From: Squalus acanthias
Taxonomy: Eukaryota
Direction of reading: 5' to 3'
NCBI GenBank assembly: GCA_030390025.1
Contig: CM059431.1
Location: forward strand, 142,230,001-142,294,000
DNA length: 64,000 bases
Shown here piece by piece: positions 59,783-64,000 of this stretch. Positions within the stretch are counted from its first letter, which is position 1, and every line of letters starts with the position of its first letter. The notes under the pieces were generated by a model that was not told where the DNA came from, made no database searches, and was given only the letters and a program-made list of their open reading frames with translations. The position numbers and the translations under genes are program-made.

Positions 59783-60829
59783 CTACAAGAGACAATGATT
59801 AGAGCTACGAATATTGAGGTTTTGTCTAACTCGGTTCTCTCAGAATCTTTCAGCCGAAAGACGGCGAACAACCAGACATCTGAGCAGATGTTTCAAGAGA
59901 ACGACAGCAATCTAAAGACGGAGAAAGGGGTAGCAAAACCTCCAGCTAAAATAGTAAGGAGGTGAAATACAGAGGAAGGCTGAAGGAATTTGTACCTATA
60001 ATCCCACAACACAGTTTTAAGCCCCCATTATCTTTCTTTAGCTCTATCTGTAATATATGGAATTTCTGTCATCTTGTCTGGAAAAACGTAATTCCTGTTG
60101 TCGAGTTTAGTCATAATTTCAAATCAAATTTTCCTGCTACAATGTAACAGTAGTCGCGCTTTCCTAGATGATCTGCCTGTACTCTAGAGGAACCCGATAT
60201 GTTCCACCAAACTCTACTTCCCAAATTACCGTTGGGTTTGCAGTTTAACTCTAAATAATTACAATCAAATTAAAATATAAAAATGAGGAGAGAATTGTAA
60301 AATGAGAAGTGAAGTACATGTGTGCGCCCTGCTCCAATTCTTCCCCCGGCCTCTAAAGACGCTTCACCTGAAGACCAAACTTGACCTCGACAATCCCTGT
60401 GCCAATAATATCCGAAAATTATTTCAAACATTTCTCTTCAGGAAGACTTGAATAACGAGTTCAGTCGTTCTGCCAGAACGTTGTAAATTTACAGGTCAGG
60501 TGAACTCAGTTCATCCTCCAATGTTTTCTTACAGTGACGGTGCATACACGGCACTTTACCTTTACAGTGAAGGGAACAGACAACAGTATTCCTCTCAGAT
60601 GTATCACATAAACTATGACACAGGCGGAACAGTGTGTGATAACAATAAATGCATGATTTAGTTTTTAACATTGATCACCGCTTTTGTCACCTCCAGACTC
60701 ACCGGGGTGAAATTGGTCTCAGCCAGTTTCATGAAGCAGGGTTACAGCGCACCGGAGACACTTTTACACCTCAATCGGTGTCCTTCTCCATTAACGTCAA
60801 TGGACATATATTAACTTCATGGAATATAT

Positions 60830-62310
60830 ACTATTAATAGGTACGGCTAGCGAGCAGGAAAATGGAATTAGTCTGTATGGAATATTATAATCCATGGAAG
60901 CAAGAGTAAACTAGTTGCTTTTTTTCAGGAGGTCACGAACATGCTAGAGAAAGGAGCGCCTATGGATGTTCTCTGCATGGACTTCCAGAAGGTAGTTGAT
61001 CCAGTTTTGAACAAGAGATATTAGCAAAAATGAAAGCGTGTGGCATTGGCAGCAACCTTGTGAAATGGGTTGTAATTTGGTTGGGAGGTATGAGACAGAG
61101 AGTTTGGATAAATTGCAAATAGTCTGATTGTCTTGAAGTGAATCTATTCTGTGTCCGCATCTTTTCACCATATTTGTCAATGGTTTGGATGAAAGTTTAG
61201 ATAGTTGTATATTACAAGTCTGAACTTATTTCGCAGACACTTTAGTTAGTGTAGATGGGAGCAGGAATTCACAAAACGAGATTAAATATTTTAAGTGAAT
61301 AGGAGAAACTGTGGCAAAATGATCTCAATACGGGAAAATGTGAGGTCATCACTCCAGATCGAGAAAACAAATTTGGAGGATGCTCTGTACCATGAGAAAC
61401 TACGAACAATGGAGAATCAAAGTTATATTCGCTATCCGTGCAAACAAATCATTGAAAGCTAATAGACAGATACCAAACGTAATCAAATGTTTGATGGAGT
61501 GTTGGCCCTTATGTCAAGGGGGCTGGAAGTCAAAGCGGAGAAAGTTATCCTCCAGTTGTGAAGAGCCTTGCTGAGGCCCCCATCTAGAGTATCGGTTCAG
61601 TTCTGGACATTGCACCTCAGCAAGCATTTGCTGGCCTTGGAGGGGTACAGAACATATTCACCAGCATAAATGTGTGTTCCCTTGAGTATAGAATATTGAA
61701 GGAGATCAGATAGAAGCGTTAAAAATGATAACATGTTTCGGTAGGATGGATACTAAGAAATGATGTCCTTCAAAAGAGGGGAGCATTATTTTAAAAATAA
61801 AGCTTGGTCATTCAGGAGCAAAATCGCGAGCACTTTTTTCCCACAACGAATAATGGGAATCTGGAAGTCCCGCCCTCCCCCCAACAAATTTCAACATCAC
61901 TGAAGTTTTAATTAATGAGAACAGGCGAGTTTGCAATTATAATGAGTGATTTAATCGAGTTTTTTTAAATGCTTAAGACATTCGATTGTGTAGGTGCGGA
62001 TTGGACAGGGTAGATACAGAAAATATGTGTGCTGTTGTATAGAAATCCAGAGCAAGGGGGCAGAATCCAGAATTTAGAGCCAGGCCGTTTAATAGTAAAA
62101 TCATGAAGAACCTTTTCACCCACAGGGTGGTGGAAATCTAGATATCTGTCTCTCAAAAATTGCAAATGTTGAGACAAGTGAAATTTTCAATATTGAGATT
62201 GTTTGTTTTTGGTAAATGTGTCAAGGGAATTAAGGTACAGATCAGCCATCATATAATTGAATGACAGAACAGGTTAGAGGGGCTGCTTTACCTACTCCTG
62301 TATTTAATCC
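60830..62310 (+). mobile_element. Old, heavily decayed CR1 fragments
   Basis: atggacttccagaagg (MDFQK), aatgtgaggtcatc, gaggccccatctagagta (RPHLEY) and a 3' UTR remnant. Confidence 0.7.
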
Positions 62311-63584
62311 TATATTACTTTTAGTCACTTATTCTATGATTGCACTGTTCCACAGCTGTATAATTCTATGAATCGTTGGTGCTGCAGCTGGATAGTGCAC
62401 TGATTCTACCGTACTACAGTTCTCTGATTGTATGGAGTAGATTTTCAGCGTGCTGCCTGGACATCAAACTAGCATTGCAGATTGCCCGCCAATTATGCAA
62501 ACGACCTTCTTTTCATTCAGGTTGATTTCTGCTTCTCTGAACTGTGTGCCTCTGATTTTCTATTTCTCTGGTTACATTATTCTCTGATTTAGAGGTTCCA
62601 AGATCCTAAGATTCTATGATTCTCTGTTTCTATGATTATCTGTTTATTTGACTCTCTGGTTCTGTAACTCCACCATTCTACAGTCCCGTCATTTTATATT
62701 TCTCCGGTGCTATCTTTCTATGATACTATGATTAGTTGTAACGTAAGTACTTCGCCATGAAGGCATCATCCTGCTGAATCTATGCTGCATGCTGTCTGCG
62801 GCTGAATGACGTTCTACATTGGGGTGCCCAAAACAGCACACATTTTATGTCTGAACCATATACAAATTTACTTTCTAATTCCTGTACTCTATGCCCTCTT
62901 GTTTTTTTAATCCGCTGCTATTGGCCTCATGCGCACATTTTGAGATTAAGCTCCCTATGCTCAATTCCAAATCTTTGATATACACCAAGAACTAAAATGG
63001 ACGCTGTACTGACCCCGGACTATACCACTTCCATACGGTCAGCAATACAAGCATCCCCATTAGGCCCCGATTTTAAAAGGGCAGCCACGAATGGTGCGTG
63101 CCAGATCCAAGGCAATTGGCACGCCTGATGAGGTTATTGGGGCACAACTATTGAATGTTAAGTAGGCCCCGCCTGCCTTTAGCGAGAATCCCGTCGATGC
63201 GTGATTCACCTTCATGACAATGAAGGCAGCCGGGACGCATTGGGCTGGAGCTTGGAGCTAAATTGTAAAATTAAAACCTTTCCCCTGCACTATTTTCGCT
63301 GGTTACAGTCCCTGCTCTTTTTCTCTCTGTCAACAGATTTACAGCTATCCTGCTGTAGTTTCTCATAGCATTTTCCTAAGTTTTGTAACAAGCTTCCTTT
63401 GAGTCGTTTTATCAAATGCCTTGGGGAAATTCATTCAGATGAATTCGCAGCATTAACAAGTAACTCCAATCCCACACCAATTCGTTGGCTCTTAATGCCT
63501 TTAAGACAACTAGAGTGGGGAATCAATGCGTCCTTGCCAGCGTCACCAATGTCGCGAGAGTGAACAAACAAATGACGTACTCAC

Positions 63585-63696
63585 CAGTTGATGAACGAGC
63601 TCTTGCCGGCCGAATGGTTCCCCATCAACATCACCGTGATCTTCTTCCTTGGAGCTAAGAGCCCGAGTTCCAGCCGTCTGGCAATGCCCTCCAGGG
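63585..63696 (-). CDS. GTPase exon with P-loop (KKITVMLMGNHSAGKSSFINW)
   Basis: ttgacag acceptor, TG|gtgagt donor, Walker A motif. Confidence 0.9.
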
Positions 63697-63776
63697 CTGT
63701 CAATAGCAGAGGGTCACTCAGTATCTCAGTCCAAAAAGCAAAGTTGTGGGTTGTTAGCGCGTTAAAGTGACACAGA

Positions 63777-63932
63777 GGGGGGATATTAACTTTGGGCGAT
63801 GATGTAAAGTGGGACATATCGAATGGGTCGCCCATTTTATACCACGCCCGATTTTCCTTTCCATTGAATACAATGGAAGGCCAATTCGATATTGCCCATT
63901 TCATATTATCGGCAGAAACTAAAGTGCCACCA
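63777..63932. mobile_element. Palindromic MITE-like element
   Basis: Central ttccattgaatacaatggaa palindrome; arms shared with the other copies. Confidence 0.65.
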
Positions 63933-64000
63933 GAAAATGATACTGGGATGGGGAATGTAGCTAAATTAAAGAGAGAAAGTGAATGCCTTTTTAATATACA

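Larger units (their letters stand above)
41157..63696 (-). pseudogene. Multi-exon dynamin/EHD-like P-loop GTPase with C-terminal hydrophobic segments; 5' end outside the window; two in-frame stops
   Basis: Exons in transcript order: 63585-63696, 59689-59782, 59146-59200, 56515-56655, 54138-54298, 51536-51634, 48744-48889, 43504-43675, 42081-42193, 41441-41525, 41157-41213. All are GT-AG and phase-consistent. G1 GNHSAGKS, G2 Thr in ETQGF, G3 DTPG, G4-like SKAD. Internal TAG at 54252-54254 and TGA at 48854-48856. Confidence 0.85.

Overview
Repeat-rich vertebrate genomic DNA, most likely from a cartilaginous fish (inferred from CR1/L2/Vingi/Penelope retroelements, Deu-domain SINEs and a shark-type two-exon GPR139-like receptor). 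Three spliced genes were reconstructed by hand from GT-AG sites with consistent codon phases. (1) A + strand gene, 9346-26753. Six small exons encode a signal peptide and a complete intrinsic-factor/transcobalamin-family alpha domain with all six Cys kept. They splice in phase into a ~4 kb mucin-like Ser/Thr/Pro exon, and no recognisable cobalamin-capping beta domain follows. This is the most unusual object in the window. (2) A two-exon GPR139-like class A GPCR, 32616-34418 (+), with one frameshift in a T-run. (3) An 11-exon P-loop GTPase gene of the dynamin/EHD-like type with a hydrophobic C-terminal region, 41157-63696 (-). Its 5' end lies outside the window and it carries two in-frame nonsense codons. 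Introns and intergenic DNA hold nested retrotransposons, a Penelope fragment with a minimal hammerhead ribozyme and a 10-bp target-site duplication, a SINE/tRNA-Lys chimera, a palindromic MITE family and several minisatellites. Family assignments rest on recalled motifs, not database searches. Repeat boundaries are approximate.
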